A stretch of 46,151 nt of DNA from a virus (IMGVR_UViG_3300005538_000215:1-46151); one strand, 5' to 3'; counted from the stretch's first letter, positions 16,820-26,302 are shown. Made by a program: numbers and translations. The notes: a model not told the origin generated them from the letters alone.

Positions 16820-18483
16820 CCATACTCCGCAAAGTCGTCCCCGCCCAAATGACGCCGGTCGGCGACGACGAGGTCGAGGTTATCCTTTCAACCGCGAATC
16901 TCGCGCGGGACGGACACATTCTCGTGCCGCAGGGCGCGCTGCTCGACAATTATCGCCTCAACCCCATCGTGCTGTGGCAGCACGATCCTGAGCACCCTGT
17001 CGGGAACGCGGAAGCGCTCACCGTCTCGCCGGAGAACATCACTGCGCGCGTGAAATTCGCGCCGGTCGGTACCACGCGCAAGGCCGACGAGACCCGCGGC
17101 CTGGTGAAGAACGGAATCGTACGCGCCGTCTCGATCGGGTTCGAACCGCTCGACGGCGAACCGCTCGACCCGAAGAAACCGCGCGGCGGCCAGCGCTTCA
17201 CCAAATGGGAATTGCTCGAGTGCTCGTTCGTCTCCGTGCCGGCCGACACCGGCGCCGTGGTGACGGCGCGCGCCAATGGAGAACGAGAAATGGCGGACGA
17301 AGACTGGAAGGTTGGAACGTCGCGCAATCTCCCGATCGAAGACAGTGACGCCTGGGACGGCGGCGAAGCCGAGGCTTCGATCTTCAAATGGGCTGGCGGC
17401 GACGATTTCGACGGCGCGAAGGCCCGCAAGGGATTCCTGTTCTACAACGCCAACAAGCCCAAAGAGCGCAGTTCATACAAGGACCCCATCGCGCATGTCG
17501 TGGATGGACGGCTCGTCGTTCCGAAAGGCGCGATTCGCGCCGCCGCGTCCCGCCTCCCGCAGACCGATGTACCGGAAGGGGCGAAGAAAAAGGCGCAAGC
17601 CGTTCTGGATCATTACAAGGAGAAAGCCGGCATGTCGGACAAGGAACATTCCGTCGTTGCGGCGCACAAGCGCGCGCTGTCCCGCGCCCCGGCCGTTCCG
17701 GTCCTCAAGCGCGGCCTATACGAAGTCGCCAGCCTTGCCTACCAGCTCGAGCAGCTGGGTTACGCGCATGCCTGCGCGGAATGGGAAGCGGCGCTTGAAG
17801 GCGACGACAGCAAGGTTCCCGCCATGCTCGGTGAGGCGCTGAAGACGCTTGGGGGAGCCTTCATTGCCATGGCCGAAGAAGAGGCCGAAGAACTGCTCGA
17901 CAACAAGGGCCTGCTCGAGGATGACGATGACGACGCCATCGAAATCGATGTCGAAGAGCGCGCCTACATCGCCGGCGGCAAGACGCCGCGTGCCCGTGCC
18001 TGGCGCAAGGCGCTGGTCATGCTCCGTGCCGGGAAGGCGCTCTCGCAATCCAATCTGCAACAGCTCGAGGAAGCGCAGGATCATCATGCCCGCGCACTCA
18101 AGCACCATCGCTCCGCCACTGAAGCCCATGGCGAAGTCGGCAAGGCCATCGAGAAGGCGCGCTCCGCGCTGAAGCGCGCGATGGACGCCGCAGACGGCAA
18201 GGAAGTGGAGAAGGCGCAGGCGCAATGCCGCAGCGCCGCCAAGGCGCTCGATGGCGTGGCCGATCATCACGAAGATGTTGGCGATGCCCACCGTGGCATG
18301 GCCCGCTGCGTCCGCGCGGCCGAGCGCTGCGTGCGATCCGTCGTCGATGGTGCCGTTGCCAGCGGCGAAGACAGCGATTCGAAAGATGTACAGAACTCTT
18401 CCGGCGAGACCGAAGAGGATAAAGGTTCGCGCACCGCAGAATACTGGCAGCGCGAAGTCGCGCGGCTGAGAAAAGCCGCCTAA
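16816..18483 (+). CDS. HK97-family prohead protease with long C-terminal extension
   Basis: NPIVLWQHD, AVSIGF, ELLECSFVSVPA; about 400 extra residues follow. Confidence 0.92.
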   Translation: MTILRKVVPAQMTPVGDDEVEVILSTANLARDGHILVPQGALLDNYRLNPIVLWQHDPEHPVGNAEALTVSPENITARVKFAPVGTTRKADETRGLVKNGIVRAVSIGFEPLDGEPLDPKKPRGGQRFTKWELLECSFVSVPADTGAVVTARANGEREMADEDWKVGTSRNLPIEDSDAWDGGEAEASIFKWAGGDDFDGAKARKGFLFYNANKPKERSSYKDPIAHVVDGRLVVPKGAIRAAASRLPQTDVPEGAKKKAQAVLDHYKEKAGMSDKEHSVVAAHKRALSRAPAVPVLKRGLYEVASLAYQLEQLGYAHACAEWEAALEGDDSKVPAMLGEALKTLGGAFIAMAEEEAEELLDNKGLLEDDDDDAIEIDVEERAYIAGGKTPRARAWRKALVMLRAGKALSQSNLQQLEEAQDHHARALKHHRSATEAHGEVGKAIEKARSALKRAMDAADGKEVEKAQAQCRSAAKALDGVADHHEDVGDAHRGMARCVRAAERCVRSVVDGAVASGEDSDSKDVQNSSGETEEDKGSRTAEYWQREVARLRKAA

Positions 18484-18485
18484 AA

Positions 18486-18554
18486 ATCCGCCGCAAGGCA
18501 GATCGCCCCGAACGCCCTTGGGCAAGGCATCCGCGCTGCGGCTTACGAGCCGCA
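18486..18554 (+). ncRNA. Structured leader (three hairpins) upstream of capsid gene
   Basis: GCC-GCAA-GGC (GNRA loop), GCCCTTGGGCAAGGC, TGCGGCT-TACG-AGCCGCA (UNCG loop); no U-tract. Confidence 0.45.
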
Positions 18555-18576
18555 ATCTCTCAAATGGAGAAACACC

Positions 18577-20052
18577 ATGACGATCAGGGTCCACGACCTT
18601 GAGAAGAAGCGCGCGACTGCCTTTGATGCATTCAAGGCGCTCGCGCACAAAGACGACAAAACGGATGATGACTGGACGAATCTTCCGGAATTGAAACGCG
18701 CCGTCGAAAATCTCGATCGCGAAATCGAGATCGCGAAGGAAGCGCAGCGCCTCGCTGGCGCGCGTGCTACGCCTGTCGAAGGGCAGGAGGGCGACGGCAC
18801 CAGCGTACAGGTTCGCGAACGCGATCCCTATATCAACGAGGACGACGCGAAAGCGATGGGCCTCGGAACCTCCAAGGGCCTTCGCGCCATCGCCTGCGTG
18901 AAGCTGTTCAATGCCGGCGGATCGAACGTACAGTCGGCCCGCAGCATTGCGGCCGAACGCTACGGCGAGCGTCATTCCATCACCCGCGCTTTCGATCCAC
19001 GCAGCGTTCCGGGAAGTCGTGCGCTGGTGACGGCCGTTGGTGCCTCTGGCGGCTTCATCGTTCCGCCGGATTATGTGAACGAGATCATCGAATTGCTGCG
19101 CCCCGCAGCGGTTGTGCGCTCGGCAGGCCCGCGCGTTCTCCCGATGCCCCGCGGCACGATGACGTTGCCCGGACAGGCCTCTGCGGCCAGCGCCAGCTAT
19201 AGCGGCGAAGTCTCGCAGATCGCCTCTTCGCAGCAGACGCTCAACCAGATCGTCGCCAGCTACAAGAAGCTGACGGCGTTGACGCCCGTTTCGAACGATC
19301 TCATGCGCTATGCCGACCCGGCTGCGGATGCGTTCGTGCGCGACGATCTCGTCAAGGTGATCGCGCTCCGCGAAGACCTTGCATTCATCCTTGGCGACGG
19401 CACGGCGGCAGCCCCGATGGGCTTCCTTTATTTCGCCAATCGCTGGGTAAAGGCGCAGGGCGGTACGGTCGGCGTGTGGAGCACAACGGCAAACTCGACC
19501 CTGGCCGTGAATGCCACCGACCCGGCAAACACCACCGGCGGCAACTTCATCAGCGCCAACGAGACGTACACGCTGGCGACGGTGGCGGCCGAACTCGGCG
19601 GGGCGGTCAACCGCCTCGACACGGCGAACGTGCCGGACAGCCGCCGTGTGTGGTTCATGCACCCGCGGAGTTACAACTATCTCTTCAACGTGCAGAACTC
19701 ACTCGGCGTCTACGTCTATCGCGAGGAACTTCTGACCGGAAAGTTGCTCAGCTATCCGTTCAAGAAAACCACGCAGATCGGCACCAACTACTACGATGCA
19801 AACGGCGCGCACACGGACTGCTCGTTCATCTTCCTCGTGGAAATGGACGAGGCGATCATCCTGGACTCGATGACGCTTGAGCTGATGGTGTCTCGCGAAG
19901 GCTCCTATGTGGACGCCAACTCGAACACCGTCTCGGCGTTGCAGAACGACCAGACGCTGATCCGCGCCATCGCAGAGCACGATTTCCAGATGCGCCACGA
20001 TCAGTCGATCGCGGTCATCCAGAACGTGCGCTACGCGCCGGCCATCTCGTAA
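18577..20052 (+). CDS. HK97-fold major capsid protein
   Basis: N-terminal coiled-coil delta domain; SGGFIVP, IIELLR, EDLAFILGDG..PMG, WFMHP; GGAG RBS. Confidence 0.96.
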   Translation: MTIRVHDLEKKRATAFDAFKALAHKDDKTDDDWTNLPELKRAVENLDREIEIAKEAQRLAGARATPVEGQEGDGTSVQVRERDPYINEDDAKAMGLGTSKGLRAIACVKLFNAGGSNVQSARSIAAERYGERHSITRAFDPRSVPGSRALVTAVGASGGFIVPPDYVNEIIELLRPAAVVRSAGPRVLPMPRGTMTLPGQASAASASYSGEVSQIASSQQTLNQIVASYKKLTALTPVSNDLMRYADPAADAFVRDDLVKVIALREDLAFILGDGTAAAPMGFLYFANRWVKAQGGTVGVWSTTANSTLAVNATDPANTTGGNFISANETYTLATVAAELGGAVNRLDTANVPDSRRVWFMHPRSYNYLFNVQNSLGVYVYREELLTGKLLSYPFKKTTQIGTNYYDANGAHTDCSFIFLVEMDEAIILDSMTLELMVSREGSYVDANSNTVSALQNDQTLIRAIAEHDFQMRHDQSIAVIQNVRYAPAIS

Positions 20053-20121
20053 CCGGAAGGGCGCGGGCGGTGAGCCCGCGTCCTCCGCCTTCCCCCTTCC
20101 GAACGAAAAGGAGTCACCCAG

Positions 20122-20601
20122 ATGGGCGACATTGTTCAGACCAAAAACATCGGCGCGCTGGTCGACATTCAGCGCTGCTCCGATCATGCCACTTCGACGG
20201 CCGGCGGGTCCGGTGATGCCACGACCGTCACCGGTCTCACCATCGACCGCGCTGGCTTCTCCAGCGGTTCCTTGCCGCGTTCCGCCCTGTTCGGCGTCCT
20301 GTACGAAGCAACCATCGCTTCGGGTAAGACGCTCTCCATCGGCTATGCCGTCCAGCATTCACTGGATGGCTCGACTTGGACGGACTACCAGACGGCGACC
20401 TATGCCGTGGTCTCGACAGGCGCGTCCGGCGGCTCGACAAACAAGGGCACGTGGAACGTCGCCTGCGACCTGAACAGCGCATATCGCTACGTCCGCTTCA
20501 ACTACAATCCGGACCTGAACGCCAGCGGTACCGATACATCCTATTCGGATGCCGCTGGCGTATTTGGCGGGTTCGACAGGCTGGCCGCGCCGGTCAACTG
20601 A
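20122..20601 (+). CDS. Probable capsid decoration/cement protein
   Basis: Follows capsid gene; AAGGAG RBS; beta-rich with VQHSLDGSTWTD and YRYVR. Confidence 0.7.
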   Translation: MGDIVQTKNIGALVDIQRCSDHATSTAGGSGDATTVTGLTIDRAGFSSGSLPRSALFGVLYEATIASGKTLSIGYAVQHSLDGSTWTDYQTATYAVVSTGASGGSTNKGTWNVACDLNSAYRYVRFNYNPDLNASGTDTSYSDAAGVFGGFDRLAAPVN

Positions 20602-20608
20602 TCCGCGC

Positions 20609-21358
20609 ATGGATGACGCCCAGAAAGCGAGAATGGAGCGCGCGCGATCGCGCTCCATTTTTATCGCCACGCCGATCGCCAGGCATCCGGTGCGGCAGTA
20701 CACGACTGCGCTGCACCTGACATGCGTCATGCTCGCAGGCCTAGGCATCCGCGCATGGGTGCAGAACACGGTCGGCGCCAGCAACCTCCCGCGGGCGAGG
20801 AATGATCTTGTCGCGGCGTTTCTGGCGTCGGATTACGACGACCTGCTGTTCATCGACGACGACATGGGCTGGAACCCCGGCGACGTCATCCGGTTGATGG
20901 CGTCGGAGCAGGCCGTGATCGGCGGCGTCGGATGCAAGAAGACGCTGCTCGCGGACACCGCCAAAGAGAAGTGGTGTTTCCGCGCGCTCAAAGGCGGGCG
21001 CTTCGTCCAGGACGATTTTGGCGCGATCGAGGTTGAGGCAGTCGGTACCGGCTTCCTCAAAATCTCGCGCGAAGTATTCGAGACAATGAAAGCCGCGCAT
21101 CCAGACTGGAAGCGCAACGGCTGGCACGACACACCGGCAGAACACAAGCCGCACTGCTACCGCTTCTTCGCCTTCGATCCGGACGACCCGGAAGAGAAGG
21201 GCGAAGACATCGCCTTCTGCATGGAATGGCGGCGGCTTGGCGGGCGGGTGTTCATCGATCCGACAATCAGGCTCGTGCACGTCGGCGAGATGGAATTCAC
21301 CGGCGACTTCACCGCGCTGCTTGAACCCGCGCCCCAATACCGCGAGGCCGCCGAATGA
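20609..21358 (+). CDS. GT-A fold glycosyltransferase-like protein
   Basis: IFIATP, SNLPRARNDLV, LLFIDDDMGW (DxD), GTGFLKI, GEDIAFC, LVHVG. Confidence 0.85.
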   Translation: MDDAQKARMERARSRSIFIATPIARHPVRQYTTALHLTCVMLAGLGIRAWVQNTVGASNLPRARNDLVAAFLASDYDDLLFIDDDMGWNPGDVIRLMASEQAVIGGVGCKKTLLADTAKEKWCFRALKGGRFVQDDFGAIEVEAVGTGFLKISREVFETMKAAHPDWKRNGWHDTPAEHKPHCYRFFAFDPDDPEEKGEDIAFCMEWRRLGGRVFIDPTIRLVHVGEMEFTGDFTALLEPAPQYREAAE

Positions 21359-21558
21359 CGAAAATGGTCCAGTTCACCCGGCCGATGTCGCCGTACAATG
21401 TCGGCGAAGAGAAAGCCCTTCCGGACGGCGAAGCCGAGCGCGCCGAGAAGGAAGGCTGGGGAAAGATCGTGCCGAGCGTCTTCGACAAGCAGGCCATCGC
21501 CGAAGAGACGAAGAAGCGCCAGCGCTACATGACGCGCGGAAAGGAATCCCCGCGATGA
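21355..21558 (+). CDS. Small hypothetical head-module protein
   Basis: ATGA overlaps; PYNVGE motif. Confidence 0.7.
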   Translation: MTKMVQFTRPMSPYNVGEEKALPDGEAERAEKEGWGKIVPSVFDKQAIAEETKKRQRYMTRGKESPR

Positions 21559-21959
21559 ACCTGCTGACGCTCCCCGCCGTAACGACGGCGCTGCCCCTGA
21601 CCGCAACGCCGGCCGTGCGGTTCAACGCGCCGCCGAAATCGGTGAAGCTCCAGGCGAACTTCACCTACGGGTCCGGAGGCACGTCTGTCGACGCCTATGT
21701 GCAGACGAGCATCGATGGCGGGACGACCTGGTGCGACGTGGCGAATTTTCATTTCACCACGGCGAGCGCGCGATCGGTCTATGCCATCATCGGCGACAAT
21801 GCCTCCGGCGCGTTCACGCCGACGGACGGCAGCATCGCCGCAAATACCTATATCGCGGGGCTGTTTGGCTCCCTCTGGCGGGTGAAGTACACCTCGTCCG
21901 GTACCTATGCGGGCGGAACGGCGCTTTCTGTCGATATGTCGAGCGATCAGGCGCCGTAA
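21555..21959 (+). CDS. Probable virion beta-sandwich protein
   Basis: AAGGA RBS; VQTSIDGGTTWCD resembles the motif in 20122-20601. Confidence 0.7.
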   Translation: MNLLTLPAVTTALPLTATPAVRFNAPPKSVKLQANFTYGSGGTSVDAYVQTSIDGGTTWCDVANFHFTTASARSVYAIIGDNASGAFTPTDGSIAANTYIAGLFGSLWRVKYTSSGTYAGGTALSVDMSSDQAP

Positions 21960-21965
21960 CCGGCG

Positions 21966-22898
21966 ATGGCGCTCTCGGTTGTCGAAACGGTTGTTGCAGA
22001 AGCCGCGACCTACAATCTCACGGATCTGGACACGGCTCACTGCGAGCTGAAAATCCCGGACAAGGACACCTCGAACGACAAGTGGCTATCGCGCGCCGTC
22101 ACCCAGGCGAGCAAAGCCGCACAAGCCTTGTGCAAACAGCCGCTGGTCGTGGAATCGGTCCTGAACACCATCGACATCGAACAGGACCCATATCCTTACC
22201 AGACGCCGGGCGGCGTACGGCCGCTCCAGCTGTCCCGCTTTCCGCTGATATCGGTCGGGACGGTTCTGCAAACCATCGCGCTGAACACGACGCAGACGCT
22301 CGTTCTCGGCACCGACTATCGAATCGATGCAGACGCCGGGCAGCTGATCCGCCTGAACCCCTTCACCGGCGTGGCGACAACGTGGGAAGCACTGCCGCTC
22401 AGCGTGCCTTTTGTCGCCGGGATGGGGGCGGTGGCGACGGAATCCTACACGGTGGCCAGCCCGTCCTATCAGTACACGCCGAAGAATGCGGCGCAGTTCT
22501 CGATCGACCAGGGCGTCGTTTACGCCTCGAGCGGAATCGCGCTGACGCCGATCGCGAGCGGCGCGCCGACGGTTGGTCAGTACCTGGTGACCATCGTGAC
22601 GGATTCCCTGGGCAACCGCACCGGCGCGACCTATCAATTTGCCGCGGCAGATGTGAACGCCGCTGTCAACATCACCTACGGCTACAACGACATCGAGGAC
22701 GATGTGATCGATGCCGTGCTTCGCCTGATCACGGCGCGATGGAGCCAGCGCGGCCGCGATGCGATGCTGATGGAAGAAACCACGCCCCAGCTCGGCACAA
22801 AGCGCTACTGGGTGCCGGATCCATCAAAAGCGAACGGCGCGATCTCGCCAGAAATTCAGGGGCTGCTCGACCCGTATCGCGTTCCTTCCGTCGCGTGA
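21966..22898 (+). CDS. Head-tail adaptor (HK97 gp6-like) with inserted beta domain
   Basis: LTDLDTAHCELKI N-terminus; LQLSRFP; C-terminal LLDPYR. Confidence 0.8.
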   Translation: MALSVVETVVAEAATYNLTDLDTAHCELKIPDKDTSNDKWLSRAVTQASKAAQALCKQPLVVESVLNTIDIEQDPYPYQTPGGVRPLQLSRFPLISVGTVLQTIALNTTQTLVLGTDYRIDADAGQLIRLNPFTGVATTWEALPLSVPFVAGMGAVATESYTVASPSYQYTPKNAAQFSIDQGVVYASSGIALTPIASGAPTVGQYLVTIVTDSLGNRTGATYQFAAADVNAAVNITYGYNDIEDDVIDAVLRLITARWSQRGRDAMLMEETTPQLGTKRYWVPDPSKANGAISPEIQGLLDPYRVPSVA

Positions 22899-22908
22899 CG
22901 CAGCGTCC

Positions 22909-23394
22909 ATGGCAGACGACATCGGCGTCATCGTCACCGGTGATCGGGAGATTGCGGACAAGTTCGACCGGTGGCCCTCGCGTTTCGCGAGCGTGCTCTT
23001 CGAGCGCATAACCGGGCTGACGGACGAATTGTACGCCCGCATCGAAGGCGCGGTGCCCAGACGCACCGGGCGCCTCGCTGGCGAGATCGTCGAGAAGGTC
23101 AGAGAGACCGATACGAGCATCACCGGCTCGGTTTCCGTCTCTGCCGAATTCGCGAAGGCGGGCGCGCTCGAATATGGCGGCACGGGAAAGCCGTTCCGCG
23201 TCCGGGCGCACGAGATGCGGCTTTCGCATCTTTGGGCGCGGGCAACGGCGGTGCCGATGATGGTCAGCGTTCCCGAACATAGCCGCGTCCTGGACATCTC
23301 CGCCCGGCGCTTCATGCGCGGGCCGCTCGAATCGATGCGCAGCGAAGTCACCGACCAGCTGCAACAGGCTGTCGACGAGGCCGGTTCCGAATGA
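22909..23394 (+). CDS. Neck/tail-completion protein (HK97 gp10-like)
   Basis: PRRTGRL, LEYGG, RRFMRGP motifs. Confidence 0.8.
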   Translation: MADDIGVIVTGDREIADKFDRWPSRFASVLFERITGLTDELYARIEGAVPRRTGRLAGEIVEKVRETDTSITGSVSVSAEFAKAGALEYGGTGKPFRVRAHEMRLSHLWARATAVPMMVSVPEHSRVLDISARRFMRGPLESMRSEVTDQLQQAVDEAGSE

Positions 23395-23843
23395 ACCTCA
23401 CGCAGGAACAGGCACTCGCTAGCCTCGTCGCATGGCTCGGCAACAAGACGGCTGGCACGTTCGACAATCTGCCGCCGGATTCGGCGAACCCGATCGACAA
23501 CCGGCGGCTGGTTTTGCCATCGCAACTCGCCGGCAAGACGGCGCTGTTCGTCGAACACATCTCGGACGACGACACCTGGACAGGCACGGTCGTCCAGAAG
23601 ACCGAGATGGAAGTCTGGATCTGGATTTTCGCCTCACCCGGCGACGATGACGTGCCGTCGACGGTTTTGAACGGCCTCTGCGCCCAGGTGCGCAACGCGC
23701 TTGCGCCCGACGGCATGGGCAACCCCTGTACGCTCGGAGGCCTTGTTCACTACGCCCGCGTCGAAGGCAAGAGCGAATACTTCCCCGGCGACATTGGCAA
23801 GCAGGCGCTCGCCAGGATTCAGGTCGCGATTCTTCTTCCGTAA
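23391..23843 (+). CDS. Putative tail terminator
   Basis: Position before tail tube genes; TLGGLVHY motif. Confidence 0.7.
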   Translation: MNLTQEQALASLVAWLGNKTAGTFDNLPPDSANPIDNRRLVLPSQLAGKTALFVEHISDDDTWTGTVVQKTEMEVWIWIFASPGDDDVPSTVLNGLCAQVRNALAPDGMGNPCTLGGLVHYARVEGKSEYFPGDIGKQALARIQVAILLP

Positions 23844-23857
23844 AGGAACCACCGCCC

Positions 23858-24616
23858 ATGCAACTGAACTTTGGCGCCGGCAATGCCATCGGCAAGCGTA
23901 CGGACATCGCGAACGCGAAACCGTCCTTCCTCGGCGTGCTGCAGGACCTTGAAATCGATATCGCCCAGACGTTGAAGGAATTGACGGGTGCCTACAAAAT
24001 GCCCGTCGACGTGGCGCCGTCCAATCTGAAGGTCACCGGAAAGGCGAAGTTCGCGCGCATCCAGGGCGCCTCCATCAATAACCTCCTGCTCGGCCAGACG
24101 GAAACGGATGGCGCCGGCATCGACATGGCGATTGCGGAAAGCTTTTCCGTCCCGGGCTCGCCTTCCTACGTCTATCAGGTCACCAACCACGCGACGTTCA
24201 TCGAAGACCTCGGTGTCTTTTATGCCAATGGCGGCGCGCAGCTGCAACCGCTCTCCGTGCTCGTCGGCAACACGCCGGGGCAATATACGATCAACTCCGC
24301 CACCGGAACGTACACATTCGCATCCGGCGATGCGGGCGCCGCGCTCGTCTGCTATTACAGTTATTTGGTGTCGACGCTGGTGCAGATTTCTCTGGCCAAT
24401 CAGTTGATGGGCACCGGCCCGGTCTTCGAGCTGCAGGCGAAGCAGTCGTACGCCGTGCAGGGCACGACAAAGGAACTGGTGCTGAAACTGAACGCCTGCC
24501 GCGCCTCGAAATGGAGCCTTCCCTTCAAGAATACGGACTACACCATTCAGGACTTCGAGTTCACCGCGTTCTGCGATTCCCAGAACAACTGGGGCACCTG
24601 GTCATTCAGCGAATAA
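23858..24616 (+). CDS. Tail tube (major tail) protein, paralog 1
   Basis: AAAGGA RBS; position between terminator and chaperones; beta-rich. Confidence 0.82.
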   Translation: MQLNFGAGNAIGKRTDIANAKPSFLGVLQDLEIDIAQTLKELTGAYKMPVDVAPSNLKVTGKAKFARIQGASINNLLLGQTETDGAGIDMAIAESFSVPGSPSYVYQVTNHATFIEDLGVFYANGGAQLQPLSVLVGNTPGQYTINSATGTYTFASGDAGAALVCYYSYLVSTLVQISLANQLMGTGPVFELQAKQSYAVQGTTKELVLKLNACRASKWSLPFKNTDYTIQDFEFTAFCDSQNNWGTWSFSE

Positions 24617-24663
24617 GACCTTCCGGCTCAACGCCGCTGTCACCGTCCTAAAGGAACCTCTCC

Positions 24664-25635
24664 ATGCAGCTGAATTTCGGCGCCGGTACGGCTATCGGGA
24701 AACGCACCGATATCGCCAACGCGAAGCCATCGTTTCTCGGCGTCCTTCAGGATATCGAGATCGATATTGCGCAAACGCTCAAGGAGTTGACCGGTGCATA
24801 CAAGATGCCGGTCGATGTCGCGCCGTCAAATTTGAAAGTGACGGGAAAAGCCAAATTCGCGCGCATCGAAGGCGCGACCATCAACAATCTGTTGCTGGGC
24901 CAGACCGAAAGCGACGCTTCCGGTATCGACATGGCGATACAGGAAACGCAGACCGTCGCGGCTGCCGTCACCGCTGCCACGAACAACACGACCGCGGCCG
25001 GCAATGCGGTGCTGCATTTCTCGGCCGTTCCGGCCGGCGTCTACACCGGCCAGCTCGTCACAGACAACACGGCGAGCGTCATTCCCGCCGGCACATACGT
25101 GCTTTCGCAGACCAGCACCACCGTTACCCTGAGCCAGAACGTGACCGGCGGCGGCGTCGGCAATGGCGACACCATCAAGTTCTTTGCCGGCTTTCCGGTC
25201 ACGAACGTGTCCGCCTTCATCGAGGATTTGGGCGTCTTTTACGCGACTGCCAACAACGGAATCCAGCTGCAGCCTGCATCGGCGGCGGTCGGTCCGTCAT
25301 CGGGGGTGTATGTCGTACAATCCGGCTTCTACAGCTTTGCCAACTCCGACGCCGGAGCGGCCATCCTCGTGTGGTACAGCTACACGGTCAGCAATCTCGT
25401 GCAGTTCTCGCTTGCCAATCAGCTCATGGGAACGGGACCCGTTTTCGAACTGATGCTCAAGAATTCCTACGCCTACCAGGGCGTGAACAAGGAGCTGGTG
25501 ATCAAGCTGAACGCGTGCCGGTCGTCGAAGTGGTCGCTCCCCTTCAAGAACACCGATTACACCATTCAGGATTTCGAATTTACGGCCTTCTGCGACGCCT
25601 CCAACAACTGGGGCACATGGGCATTCACGGAGTAG
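24664..25635 (+). CDS. Tail tube (major tail) protein, paralog 2 with extra ~70-aa insert
   Basis: Near-identical N- and C-terminal blocks to paralog 1; AAAGGA RBS. Confidence 0.82.
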   Translation: MQLNFGAGTAIGKRTDIANAKPSFLGVLQDIEIDIAQTLKELTGAYKMPVDVAPSNLKVTGKAKFARIEGATINNLLLGQTESDASGIDMAIQETQTVAAAVTAATNNTTAAGNAVLHFSAVPAGVYTGQLVTDNTASVIPAGTYVLSQTSTTVTLSQNVTGGGVGNGDTIKFFAGFPVTNVSAFIEDLGVFYATANNGIQLQPASAAVGPSSGVYVVQSGFYSFANSDAGAAILVWYSYTVSNLVQFSLANQLMGTGPVFELMLKNSYAYQGVNKELVIKLNACRSSKWSLPFKNTDYTIQDFEFTAFCDASNNWGTWAFTE

Positions 25636-25639
25636 CCGG

Positions 25640-26302
25640 ATGCGAAAATCGCGGCGCAGGCGGCCGCACGGCGGAACCGGTCGTCGCCGCGCCGACGCGA
25701 CCACTCCGCTTTGCTTGGCGTTGCCAAAGCCGAACAGGAAAGCGATCGACGACGGTCATCCTTGCATCACGATAGCCGGGCAGGAGTGGCCGATCCCGCC
25801 GCTCGCTCCACGCCAGAACCGTCACGTCGTCGCCGCCCTGATGCGCATGGGCGGCGATTTTTTTGCTCATTATGGCGATCTTGTGGATGCCGTGTTCTTC
25901 GCGCTTACGCGCGCGCACCCCGATCTCGCGAGAAGCGAATTCGAGGAATGGCCGATCCCGGTGTACGAACTGACGGCGGCACTTCCCGTCATCACAAAGC
26001 AGACGGGGTGGCTGAAACCGGGGAAGAATTCGACGACGGAGCCTAAGCCGCCGGACTTCGACGCCATCATTGCCGAGGTGTGCAATTTCCGCCTCGGTAC
26101 AACCGAGGAATACTGGGAAGACAATCTGACCGGCGCGCGCTTCGAAGCAATGGCGGAAGAATGGCGGCAGCGGCCGCCGTTGGTGACGCTGATATCGGCC
26201 TTCTTGGGCTATAAGCCTCCCCCGACGGAAGAAGAAGCCATCTCCGAACTGTTCCGCCTGTTTCCGAGCGGGAAGATTTCCGGCTCGCCAACCATGCATT
26301 GA
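25640..26302 (+). CDS. Tail assembly chaperone, long (G+T-like in one frame); start uncertain (alternative TTG 25721)
   Basis: ITIAGQEWPIPPLAPRQN...HPDLARSEFEEW, then DFDAIIAEVC...EEWRQRPP. Confidence 0.65.
   Translation: MRKSRRRRPHGGTGRRRADATTPLCLALPKPNRKAIDDGHPCITIAGQEWPIPPLAPRQNRHVVAALMRMGGDFFAHYGDLVDAVFFALTRAHPDLARSEFEEWPIPVYELTAALPVITKQTGWLKPGKNSTTEPKPPDFDAIIAEVCNFRLGTTEEYWEDNLTGARFEAMAEEWRQRPPLVTLISAFLGYKPPPTEEEAISELFRLFPSGKISGSPTMH

Noticed and set aside
17716-19662. Long antisense ORFs (also 13927-15261, 28451-30187, 33287-34570, 36897-38051)
   Set aside because: Shadow frames of GC-rich genes with clear plus-strand products; no motifs recognised.
20059-20084. Hairpin after the capsid gene as an intrinsic terminator
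   Set aside because: The stem is real but has no U-tract; more likely an mRNA-stabilising hairpin.
23858-25635. Duplicated tail genes as a DGR template/variable pair or invertible cassette
   Set aside because: No reverse transcriptase or invertase in the window; differences are mostly synonymous and not adenine-specific; both copies are direct and intact.
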